The notes under the pieces were generated by a model, which worked only from the letters and a program-made list of their open reading frames with translations, was not told where the DNA came from and did not search any database. This document shows positions 48,366-59,300 of a DNA stretch of 64,000 bases, piece after piece. Source of the stretch: Amphiscolops sp. MND2022 (taxonomy: Eukaryota); assembly GCA_964187785.1 (NCBI GenBank), contig OZ076414.1:24490001-24554000 (forward strand), written 5' to 3'. Position 1 is the first letter of the stretch. Each line of letters begins with the position of its first letter. A program made the translations under genes and the position numbers.

Positions 48366-49773
48366 TTTCGGAAGAAAACTACAATTCAACGATGATGGTT
48401 TAACGATTCAATCCACACTCCAAGCTGTTTTAGGATTGAAATGAATTTCGAAATTGATCGCAGCGTAAGATAATTTCAGTTCATTGTTATAAACATCTAG
48501 CAAAAAATTAAGGTCAAAGTTGCTCTTTTTCTGAGTATATCAATCAGCTGCTAGTTGCTTTTCGTTTACTTCTTTTGTCTAAAAACTACTACATGAACAA
48601 AAAAACGGAACGCACAGAAATTTCATATTTCTAAATTTCAGTGTTTGTACACAAAGAACTGAGAATTGATTCAATTTTCCTTCAATCATTTGAAACAGAG
48701 TTTTCAGGACGTTATCAAACTTTCAGTTAAGGACGGTGTGAATCTTCAAAAAACGCCTTGACATCTCTACAATGTCAATTCGTTCTCATTTTTGATGTGT
48801 AAATTGTTTTTGCTTCAACGAAAAGTTTATTGGTTGATTGATTGATCGATTCATTGATTGACAAATAAAATTGCCGTGTTCAAAGCTGCGTTTGTTTACA
48901 AATATTTGAAAGTTTGAGAGCTAGGACTTTTATGCGTTCCGTTTTGTTAGGTTCACATAGTAGTTATTGGTGTATTGGTGACCCGTAAGGAACAGCGGGT
49001 TCCCAAAGCTTCGAATTCTGAAAGCATCGAAATATTGCAAGTTATTCATTCAGCCGCTGGTTTTGACGAAGGCCGACCTGGAGTGACCTCGAGTGGTCAT
49101 ACAACCACTATGAAAAAATCCCCGATAGGGAATTCTTTCGACGCTTTGAATAGCTTAAATTTTTTCAAAGTTGTTGTGAAACTTTTGTTGACAAATATTT
49201 GAAGCTTTCACAGATGAAATATTCCGTCTTGTTTTGGTTCAACTAGTAAAAAGCCGACTGAGAGGTGGCTACGCGCCACCAATGCAAAGTTTAGAGGTTT
49301 GTCTTATGGGAGTAGTGCGACGCTTTCGTTTGCAACGACGGTGAAGTATCAATTTCCATGGTGGCATTGACTCTCTATTAAAACAACATCCAAGTAGCAC
49401 AGTCCACATTGGATTCTCCACCTGCAGATTGTTCCCAGCTGATAACCACTCAAAAAGGAACTTAACCTTATCTTCAAGTAAAAAGTTCATTGGCGTCCTA
49501 ATAATGAACCTAGAAATCCCAGAAACTTGTTGAAACGTCGAAAGCAATCATGTACGTTTCGTTCAGTTTAGCTCTCATTAGGAACAGAATAATTTGGTCT
49601 TTGAGTTAAATGCGTACTCAATACTAAGGGCATTGAATTAAAAACTCGAACAGCACGAGACAATTACAAATACAGTAAAAGAAGATAATCTTTCATAAGA
49701 TCTTCCGAGTCTACATCTCTTCCAAACGAAAGACTAATTCATTTTCTTAGAAGCTCGTTGAGGCAAGGTGTAA

Positions 49774-49970
49774 GGAAGCATGGTGTAGTGGTTAGAGCAT
49801 TGGGCCTGTACTGGTTCGAGAATCAGGTTCGAATCTCTCAACTGACAATTGTTGGCCGTAGCGCAAGTCTATCATTCCTAGCTTAGTTAAATGGTCGATG
49901 ACAAAAAAACCGTACTTGGTAGAAAACGGCGAGCAGGAAGACCTTTGTGACCTTGAGCAAGTCACGTTGA
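49774..49970 (+). mobile_element. tRNA-derived SINE with CORE/V-SINE-like motif
   Basis: A box TGGTGTAGTGG (49781) and B box GGTTCGAATC (49826), no full cloverleaf; GTGACCTTGAGCAAGTCAC at 49947-49965. Confidence 0.6.
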
Positions 49971-50388
49971 AATCAGGGCAAAGATGGTACCATTGCGAAC
50001 CAAGTATCCGAAGGGGCGCCGACTCAGAAAACCAGAACTGTTTATTCGGTAATTGGGGATATAAACGTTTGTACAGCCTCTCTAGTGACAACATTGGACC
50101 GTGGTACATGGAATCTTTCTGTCAACACATTTGAATTTTACGCCAATACGTAACTCATTTGTTGGTGATTTTCATGGCATTTCAGAAATTAGTAAGAAAG
50201 GTACTCCAAAATGAAGAAAACAGATGAAAGGTATTTTAAAACGTCAAAAGCCAATGGGATGTTCCATCCATTCCGATACTTTCCGATTTTTTCATTGGAA
50301 GAGCTGTACAGGATATCTAGGTAAATTAGGACTTGCAAGAGAATGCTACTGACTTTCATTATTCCATGCTGTGATAGAGAAACTTGAG

Positions 50389-50725
50389 CACTAACTAAAG
50401 GATAAATATACCTGAGCAAATTTTGTTCGAAATCAAGAGACAACTTACACTAATTTCTAATTGGTTTGTAGTTGTGAGTCGATGTAATAGATCCATTTTT
50501 GTGAAGAGAAATGATGAAGTGGGGCAAGATTAGAAGCACAATATTGGCAAACTAATGCCGAAGTATGGTCAAACACAGCTGAAACATTATAGTCACAAAG
50601 AGACACACCAACAAAGGATTCTGAAAGAATGACATTGGAACTTTTTAGCTGAAAAAATCAACGTTTGAGTAATTGGCCCAAAAACAAAACAGAAACAGTT
50701 GGTAAAAACATTTAACTTTATCAAC
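50389..50725 (+). repeat. ~335-bp direct duplication, copy 1 (copy 2 at 52146-52479)
   Basis: CACTAACTAAAGGATAAATATACCTGAGC...CTTTATCAAC present twice with scattered mismatches. Confidence 0.9.
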
Positions 50726-52145
50726 ATTTGATTGATGTTGTGATTCAACATTTTGTGATAACTAGTTTTTATTTTTAGTGATTCATAGATGAATTTTAAT
50801 TGTTAATTTTCACTCATCGGATATCCCTTGTTTTTTTATGGTTCCAGGCTGATCATAGACTGGATCATATATGTCCAGAGTATGGTCAGCCTGGAACCAT
50901 AAACCTGTATGGTCCAAAGTATGATCAGCCTGGAATCATACTTTGAGTATGATGGCAGGCAGAGTATGATTGACCTGCTTTTGTATGGGAGAGAAACACG
51001 GGAAATCAAAATATAGTTTGATTGACTTGTTTGTAGAAGTTGAAGCAACGCAGTAAAAATAACGTAAAAGAGAAAGAGGAAACTAATTCCTCAGGTAAAT
51101 GTTTTTTCCGGAACTGTCCTATCTCTGTTACCCGGCTTCGTTTTTCAATACTTTTACATAAAAAATGAATTTTATATAATAGCAGTCGGTTTACTGCTCT
51201 GCGCCTTTTTAACCTCAGTCAGTGTTTACGGGCAGTTTTTGGTTATTCATCACATGGTCTGGGTCACTCCTTCCTCAACTGCTACGACATGAAAGCACCT
51301 ACCAAGCGAGGTCCCAACCAATTGAGCAGTGTTGCCGATCTATTCCCGCTGAGAAGGAAAGACCGAAGAGCCCTTCATTGAAATAGTTTCAACTATTATA
51401 AAGTGATTTGATGTATAAAACGCGACACTGATATGTCCCCATTTTTTGGGAGCTGGTCTTCGCGAGAGTGAGGGCAAGCTTTCGTACACCGCATTTGCCC
51501 CACACTAAGTGAAGAAAGTATTTGGAGGCAACTATTACCAGCTCCTGGTATATGAAGTACGGTAATCGATAGGACCATCTACACATGTGTTACTTATTGT
51601 TTGTGTGCATAAACAACAGTGTGTAGGTAGTAACTAGGAAGGTTATAAGTCACTTGCTTTAATACCGATTGACCTAAGTTCATTTTCGAGTCATTAGGAT
51701 TGATATTTATAAGTCAAATGACTTAAAAAATAGTGTTGTGAATTATTGTACAGCTTATTGGTGACTATTCATACAGCCAACTTTACAAAAGAGGTCTCAA
51801 ACAGCAGACGAGGTTTGAAATTATTTGAAGAGGGCGGAAACATGTTTGTTGTAAGGCACGGTCGCTTCGCTTGTCAAAGTTTTTAGTAAATGGTCACTTA
51901 TTATCGTATGGCTGAAAATCATTAGGTTGAAAACGCGTGACCGATTCTGTCGAACTTATCATTCTAACGTAGTCAGCTATGTTTCCATACCTCTAGTGCA
52001 CTTAATGCAGGATCCAAGCCAAGCGGAGGGACGTGCCATTTCGCCATGCCTCAAAGTTTTAATTTAAAGGGATTGTCTTGGGTTGAGCCTTCTGGTAATC
52101 GTGACAGATGGAGTATAGATTACCATCACCGGCGGACGCCTGGGA

Positions 52146-52479
52146 CACTAACTAAAGGATAAATATACCTGAGCAAATTTTGCTCGAAATCAAGAGACAA
52201 CTTACACTTATTTCTAATTTGTTTGTAGTTGTGAGTCGATGTAATAGATCCATTTTTGTGAAGAGAAAAGGTGAAGTGGGGCAAGATTAGAAGCACAATA
52301 TTGGCAAACTAATGCCAAAATATGGTCAAACACAGCTGAAACATTATGGTCACAAAGAGACACAGCAACAAAGGATTCTGAACGATTGACATTGGGATTT
52401 TCTAGCTGAAAAAATCAACGTTTGAGTAATTGGCCCAAAACAACAGAAACAGTTGGTAAAAAGATTTGGCTTTATCAAC
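52146..52479 (+). repeat. ~335-bp direct duplication, copy 2, ending at the insertion point of element B
   Basis: Homology to 50389-50725 stops exactly where the B LTR terminus begins. Confidence 0.9.
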
Positions 52480-53241
52480 TGTGATATTCCTCCTCCTCAG
52501 AGTCTTCATTTGAAACTATTGTTTCATTTAGTTCGAATCTATTTTGACAAAATGGTTTTGCAGGGTTCCTTAGTTCGTGCATATTTGATGCTCTGATAGG
52601 GTGACTATCTTCGTTTTCAGAGTCTGAGTTGTCATTTACTGATGCGTGAACTCCTATAGACCTATCTCTGGATCACGAGGGCTGGGTGTTTTGCGTTTCA
52701 TTTGATTCAGACCTCGGATTTGTGATTGTAGATGCGTTTTTGCTAGTTTTGATTTCTTTTAAGATCGCTTCAAACTTGCTATCGATTTCTTCTCTCATTT
52801 GCCCTATTCTGTCATTGTTTCTTTTCTCCATTTCTTGTGTCCAAACTTGAATCTCATTACTGATTAGACTGGGTTCAGCCAATTGATTTTCCAAGGTGTT
52901 GGGACCTAAATTTTTTTGATCAACCAAGTTAGAATTAGTTAAAGTCATATTACCTGGGTTTGGGGTCTCTACATTCTCTTCTCTGCTTGGAGAAGGAGTT
53001 TCCAACCTTCTAGACCTTCTACTTCTCTTGTTTCCCATTTTGCTCAAGTGAAAATGTATTTCGGTTGCTGGGAAGAATTTCAATTATCTTTTGGTATCCC
53101 AAATCCAAAGAAGGATCAATATAGTCAAAAGAAAAGTTTCACAAAGGACGGAAAGGTTTACAGCAACTGTTTTACATAAGGTAGAATTGATGAATGAATG
53201 ATTTCCAACACTAGATACTCCAGAAAATTAAAAGCATGACA
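52480..53241 (-). repeat. 3' LTR of element B (alternative start ~53300), containing the gag N-terminal ORF MGNKRSRRSRR
   Basis: PPT AAAAAGGGG (53250-53242) then TGTCATG; ends GAGGAGGAATATCACA at 52480. Confidence 0.75.
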
Positions 53242-53489
53242 CCCCTTTTTATCGCAATCATCATCAGAAAAATATAAAAATAGAATTTCATCATCATGAC
53301 ATCAGGTTATATATATCTCGGCTACATGACTTTCAGGAGAATAAGCAGGACCCTAGAAGGCCTGGAAACAGCACAAAATGACGTATGAAGTTGTATTAGT
53401 GGTTGGAATTCTCAATACATTAGAATGATACAATGAATGGACAATTAAAGCGAAAAACGTACAGTAACGAGTATACGCTACTTCTCGAA

Positions 53490-53628
53490 CCGCGTAATGC
53501 CGCATAGTAAAAAGTGCATAGTGACGAGTATACATTATGCTTTAATCCGTAGGATGCCGCATAATTCAATTACGAAAAACGCATACTTGCGAGTAGTCAA
53601 CATATCTCAAACCGCATAATGACGTATA
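53490..53628. repeat. Phased array 3 of element B
   Basis: CCGCGTAATGCCGCATA (53490), CCGTAGGATGCCGCATA (53547), ACGCATACTTGCG (53579), CCGCATAATGACGTATA (53612). Confidence 0.7.
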
Positions 53629-53916
53629 GTCATTAGCACATATGATCATTTGATGATGTCATATCTCAAAAGCGATATCAAATAGAAGCCAATTAGTCAT
53701 TCAATGTGATTTTTGGGTATAAATGTCTAAGTTTTGGCTACGTATGACTTTCCTATTGCTCGCAAACAACTTCATTTATGAAAAGCATCATTAAAAAAAT
53801 TTGCATGACTATGGTAAACTAACAAATAAAGTTTTGAAAGGTGTTTGTTCAAGTTCTTCAAAGTCTATTTGCCATGATTTCTGGGTGTTGATATTGTCGC
53901 TGCTCACATTCATCTC

Positions 53917-54975
53917 TCATTGCTGCACTACGGGTCCAGTACAGCTGTATGGCTGGAACAGTCCCGCTCTTTTAAAGATGAATAGGCCAGCTTCAAAACC
54001 ATCTATAAACGCTCTAGAGCGGACTCCACGGTCCCTAACAGTTTCACCATCGTAAGCTGTAGCTGCAAGATAGTCTCCAAGGGTCTCCAACGCTATCTGG
54101 TCGTAAGTTTTGTTGCAGTACTCGCAGATGCCGGCCACATTAGGCATGACTGTTGGGAACAGCCTACAGTTGTCTCTTTCATTGATTGGCATGTATAGCA
54201 CGTTAGTACTGTGTGCTACAGTAAAAGGAAATCCAACTTGTACCATTGGGTGTATTGGGATTGGTACCCTAGGTAGTATGTCCGGAACTCCTCGTGGAGG
54301 AAGTTGAACCACTAAGGGGGTTGTGTTTGACACAGGTGCCCTCTGGATCTCATTGTAATTGGGTAGGATTAGCACACTCGCTTGCCCCTCATCTTGGCCT
54401 GCATTTTGTGTGACGTTTTGCCCATTGTTTACACTCCTGTCCCAGGGGTGGAAATCTGAGGAATTGGGATGGTGGTTTGGCGGGTAAGTTGGGATTATTT
54501 GACTCGCGGCGTCAGACTGGTGTTCGGCATTTCTTGGGGTAGGTAGGATTGCTGCAGCCGGGCGACCATAGCTATTCAACCTGATATTAATATCAGGGTT
54601 CGGATCACTTGAGGGTTCGTTTTCCAGCTCCAATTCGCTATCAATAAATGAAGGGAGCGAAGACGGAGTGGGCGGCAGATCCTCTTCAACTAAGTCCATT
54701 AGTTCCCTTTCAATTCTCGTTCCTCGGACGTCTATTGTATCTTGAGTAGGCATTTCGTTTTCTCCCATGGGGAACAATAATGCTGTGGTAGCCCCCTTAA
54801 ATGCAGTCATAGGATCTTCTCCTGTCGTATTTACCCTGAACCTGTCCAGCAATTGAGGTACATTTCCAGGCTCGACGATGAATTCGTTATCTGAATTGCT
54901 TGAGATATCGATAACGTCGGGTGACAGAGGCGAGTACAGGGTATCTTCTTCCATGGCAAATTGCAAGTTGTTCAT
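53917..54975 (-). CDS. ORFX, 352-aa accessory protein of unknown function (SIM-like N-terminus, disordered middle, conserved CxxC C-terminal domain)
   Basis: Intact ATG ORF homologous to 9985-11042, with many synonymous differences in the C-terminal domain. Confidence 0.88.
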   Translation of the reverse strand: MNNLQFAMEEDTLYSPLSPDVIDISSNSDNEFIVEPGNVPQLLDRFRVNTTGEDPMTAFKGATTALLFPMGENEMPTQDTIDVRGTRIERELMDLVEEDLPPTPSSLPSFIDSELELENEPSSDPNPDINIRLNSYGRPAAAILPTPRNAEHQSDAASQIIPTYPPNHHPNSSDFHPWDRSVNNGQNVTQNAGQDEGQASVLILPNYNEIQRAPVSNTTPLVVQLPPRGVPDILPRVPIPIHPMVQVGFPFTVAHSTNVLYMPINERDNCRLFPTVMPNVAGICEYCNKTYDQIALETLGDYLAATAYDGETVRDRGVRSRAFIDGFEAGLFIFKRAGLFQPYSCTGPVVQQ

Positions 54976-55844
54976 CTTGTGAATTCTTGAGAAATTTCAA
55001 TTTGGAATATTATTTTGCAAGTTTGAAAATCTGTGTTTTCAGGCGACTAGTTTGTGAGTTTGTGAAGACCAAATGGTGTTGGTTATTTCGCTTTCTTCCT
55101 TCCAAGGCAAGGAAAACCCGCGAAAAAATTGCTTGTCATGGTCTGATCTCCCAAATCCCCTTATAAGGGTTTCTTTCAGGCTTCTGATCATGAGACACGT
55201 GGATGATATCTCGTAAACAAATTCCTTTTTAGGTGTTCCACTTTTCTACATCACCTTATTTCCTCTCATCAGCGTCCTTCACACCGTTTCATCGGAGTTT
55301 TAAATGATACATAAACAAATTTAACCTAACATCAAAGTAGAAAGAACGAAAATGTGATTTACAAGATGTGCCAAGTTTCTGAAACTAAAATATATTTATC
55401 CGAAATTGCATGACTGGAAGCAAAGAAAATATAAATCATTAAAAAGGGGTTCATATTAGTCAAATCATGTTCTAAAAGAGCTTTAACTGCAAGAAGCGTT
55501 TTGTTTTGTTTTAGTCCCGCACTTGAAAAGTGCGTATGGTTCTGCTTTTCCATATGATTTCAATGGAACAAGTGAAATTTAGGATGAAATTACTTAAAAA
55601 GAGTTTCTTCCTGAGATATCATATTAATTTCCCAATGACACATTAAACCTCGTTCGAAAAGAGCAATAAATGCATACATTCTATGCATATTCAATAACAT
55701 CAGGAATTCATTTGTGATAATTAACGCGTAGTTTCTTCAGTTTGTTACATAATAATGATTCATTCACACAATATTAACATTGGTTCATCTCTGTGGACAC
55801 ATACAGCGAGAACCGCAGGATGGCGAGTATACGTCATTACTCAA

Positions 55845-55965
55845 TCCGTATAATGCCGCATAGTCTTCAGCTGGCAATTCCGCGTACTGCCGCATACTCA
55901 TCACTGCAATTCCGCATACTGCCGTATACTCGTCGCCAGTCGATCCGCATACTGCCGCATGCTCT
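55845..55965. repeat. Phased array 2 of element B
   Basis: TCCGYRTAMTGCCGYAT units at 55845, 55879, 55911 and 55944. Confidence 0.82.
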
Positions 55966-56378
55966 CGCTTACTAAATCATTCCAATCAGCATAGAAACGA
56001 TGAGAATGAATACACACTGCTTTTAGATGTCCTAATGAGTCAATCAATCACGCTGGCAGACGTAATTGACGTTTGGACAGCCAATCAAATTACAGCATTC
56101 TCTACGCATCTTTGCGCTTAATCATTCCATTTGCCTTTTTGCCTTCTTTGGTTACATTAACGCCACGCCTTTGTTGTATCAAATTGATTGATCATACAAA
56201 CTTTATTTTAATTTTCAAGTCACATTTATTGCTTAACGCTCTAGTCATAGTTAACAGTCCAGTTTTAGTTGTTCTTTTCCTCTCCATCCCTATCCCTTTC
56301 CAAGGAAGATTACTATTCGTCTTGCTTGTCCTACTTTAGTTGTTGGTTTAGTCTCCTTCTTTTCCTTTTTGGAAGAAA

Positions 56379-59300
56379 ATGGATCCATGTCAAGGTGAAA
56401 GCCCCGGGGAGAAACAAAGATCAAGAAAAGATCAAGCTCCGCATTTTCGTGGAGGAAGAGACTACAATCCGACGTTCTGGGCTGAGCCTGGTAAGTTCAA
56501 CAAATTCAAATTTAGATTTATTTCGATTCATTTTATTAATTGAGTTTTGCAAAGCTGGCCAGGCAGTGCAAAATGAAAATGATCTAGATGCTTATAGAAC
56601 ATTTTCCAAATTTTTTCGAAACGTTTCCGTTTCTAATTTCTAAGCAGCTTCCGTTTCTTCACTCATTTCTTAGTTCCGCGTCCGGAACTAAACAAGAATG
56701 AAACGACTTCCGCTTGAGGTATCCGTTTCCTTTAAATTTTGGTAACAGATTATTGTTTTAGTTGAACTCAGATCAAATCCAGTTACGCCGACTCGATCAC
56801 CATTAAACACTTATGCTTCACTTAAAGCAGCCCCAACAGGTTCTACTAATCCTCTTTCCAACAACGAATCCCCAGTTACTCACCCGCTTCAGATTGACGA
56901 AGGAATAAAGGTTGTGAGTGCACCTCTAAGTCCCAGTCCAGGAGTGACCATATCTGTTACTACGGATGGGGAAAAACTAGAGAGAGATCAACCTAGCTCG
57001 TCTAAGCCAATCAGTTCGGAAACTATATCAACACCGGAGAAAACTATGAATGAACCGCAGTCCAGTTTCGCAAGAGAAATGCTTGAGGAGTTTATTACCC
57101 CTACGACATCTCAAAACCCTCCACCTTGTTACAGTGGACAATTGATGGCGCCTGACCCGACCATACCAGGCATTGGAGCTTCTACCCTTATTCACCAGGT
57201 GGAAGAATCGTTTGACGCGACCCCCATGGAATTTCAGGAAGTAAGCCGAGGAATCACGATCGACCCTTGACTCACTGATGTGGGTCACCCCAACCTGAGC
57301 ATCACAAAGCAGGAGGTTTTGGCCCTAACTAACGTTTTAAGCCGAATACCACATTGTTTCCTCACAGGGGAAGAGCCTAACCCAAACCAGGCGTTGTCCG
57401 TAACAGTAGTGGACGATCTCGCCCAACCCCCTGTACTTACCACTTCCAGTCAGGAAGAGACTGCAATGCCATCTACTTCCGGGGGTATATCTCGACAAAT
57501 ATTAGCGTCGGGACCGTCGTTCCACGGGAAACGAAGGCGACCAAGATACTCTCTAACACTTGGTATGTTAAAGAAGCATCCCATACTAAAGTTCTCTGCC
57601 ACTGGCCCATTGGATGCAGAGGTCAATCCCTACAAGTGGTGGTGTAGGGTATGCAGAACTGAGCTGTCCCTAATGAGTCGGGGGAGTTTGGAGCTCTTAT
57701 CTCACTACCGTTCAGACAGTCACCTGATCAAGGAGCATCGCATCCGAATGGAGGTTCCCGGAACACCTCTATATGATAAGGAAGGTAGAGAACTCCTTGG
57801 GATTGCGCTTCAAGAAGCCAAGAAAACAGCGCGGAAGACTCACCCTATCGCGCCACCGTTAGACAGGTGCAGGCCACTTGTTGGACAAGCTACTGTTCCA
57901 GAACCCAACGCTGTAACAAGCCCTACTGAGAAGGTTCTTTTCCAAATTAGTATAATCGAACACTTGCTCAGACACGGCGGCCATATCACAAGTTTAATTG
58001 GGGTTTACGAAGGACTGTCCCAATTATCCAGCTGTAATCAATTGTCAACCCAGGATTGGTCTGACCAGAGGCTCTTTGTAAGTATCTCATACTCACTTCT
58101 TCTCAATAGGCTTCAATGGTTGAGGTTTCGTTATTATCGTATGTCTTCCATTTGTAATCAACTAAGCTTCCCATGAACAATACAGTCAACGAGGTTTTCT
58201 CATTTTGATTTGTTTTAACAGGGGATCTTGATACACATTTTCAGAGAACTGATGAATTATTGTGTCACTATGGTTACGTCTTCTGCCGTGTATTCCTTGG
58301 CATTGCAACACAAAACCACAACCTCCTACATTATTCTACTGTTTTGGTCAGGAAACGTCTTCCACCGTGTGTGTCTTGGGAGCTCGCCCCGAGGAATGTT
58401 ACTTCCACGCAAAGTTCTTAGTCTCGTTTCATCATTTCTTAGCCTGTTCGAAATTCCTCCATCTTGCCTTACGCTCATCGGAGTGGGAGAGAAATTAGAC
58501 GACTGCTTGACCTCTTCCCTACCGGGCAGTAAACGGCCTTCAATTGTTAATCCCTTTGGTCCTCGCGAGCTTGAGACCAGCCTTGCACTTCCCACTGCAC
58601 AAATAATTGAACGGCACGACTTCCGTACAATCCTAGACTTCCTCCTAATGAAGTTACGAACTGCCTTGGGTAAAGACTGGCTACAAAACTTGCCAATTCT
58701 CCACAAGGTACTTTATTTTTCATTAATTTTCATCATTGAAACACTCAATTTTCGGTATTTAATTTTAGTCTATTCTAGTGTGTACTCCGACTAGAATACT
58801 CCCTCAGTGAGGCCTCCACTATCATCGAGAACCTGTCAAACCAATGGGATCGGGTTAAAGAGCACCTGAATCAAGTTGCGCGACTACCAGCTTACCGCTT
58901 CCACATGAGAGAAGTAATCCTCATTTTATCTCATGTTATCCGTACTATACAAATTTTGGAAGTTGTATATGTATACTTGTTTCAGCCAAGTACCTTAGAC
59001 GAGTGCTTCCGTCTGGACACAGCATACCTGGCCAGACTCTTCGTCATCCGCTGTGTACTCGATCACTGTAAGTTATACAGTTGTTTAGAGCTTTTGTTAT
59101 TTTACTCCAACTCATCAGTATTCTTCTGATTTATATTCCTGAGATAACTTAGGGTAATTTGCTTTAGTGCTCATAATTTTGATATACCCGTTCAGTCTAG
59201 TTTTGCTTGGTTGTATTCAACACGTACTGGCCATTATTCTTTGCTGATTATATTTCTCAATCCTTTTGTGTTTTTGTCTCTTGTAACTAAGTTGTGTGTG

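Noticed and set aside
49269-49547. 92-aa minus-strand ORF upstream of the LDLa gene (also 51389-51586)
   Set aside because: No recognisable domain, no supported splice connection, and it sits among repeat fragments.
49774-49850. Functional tRNA gene
   Set aside because: A and B boxes are present, but the acceptor and anticodon stems do not pair convincingly and SINE-like body follows.
53917-54975. ORFX as an env gene
   Set aside because: No signal peptide, furin site or transmembrane helix; mostly disordered with nuclear-type motifs.
57241-57312. A 72-nt intron (GTAAGC...CAG) that would remove the TGA at 57268
   Set aside because: No polypyrimidine tract, and it would delete residues (SITKQ) that align with coding sequence in A (VITRR). 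A nonsense mutation is more likely, though RNA-seq should test it.
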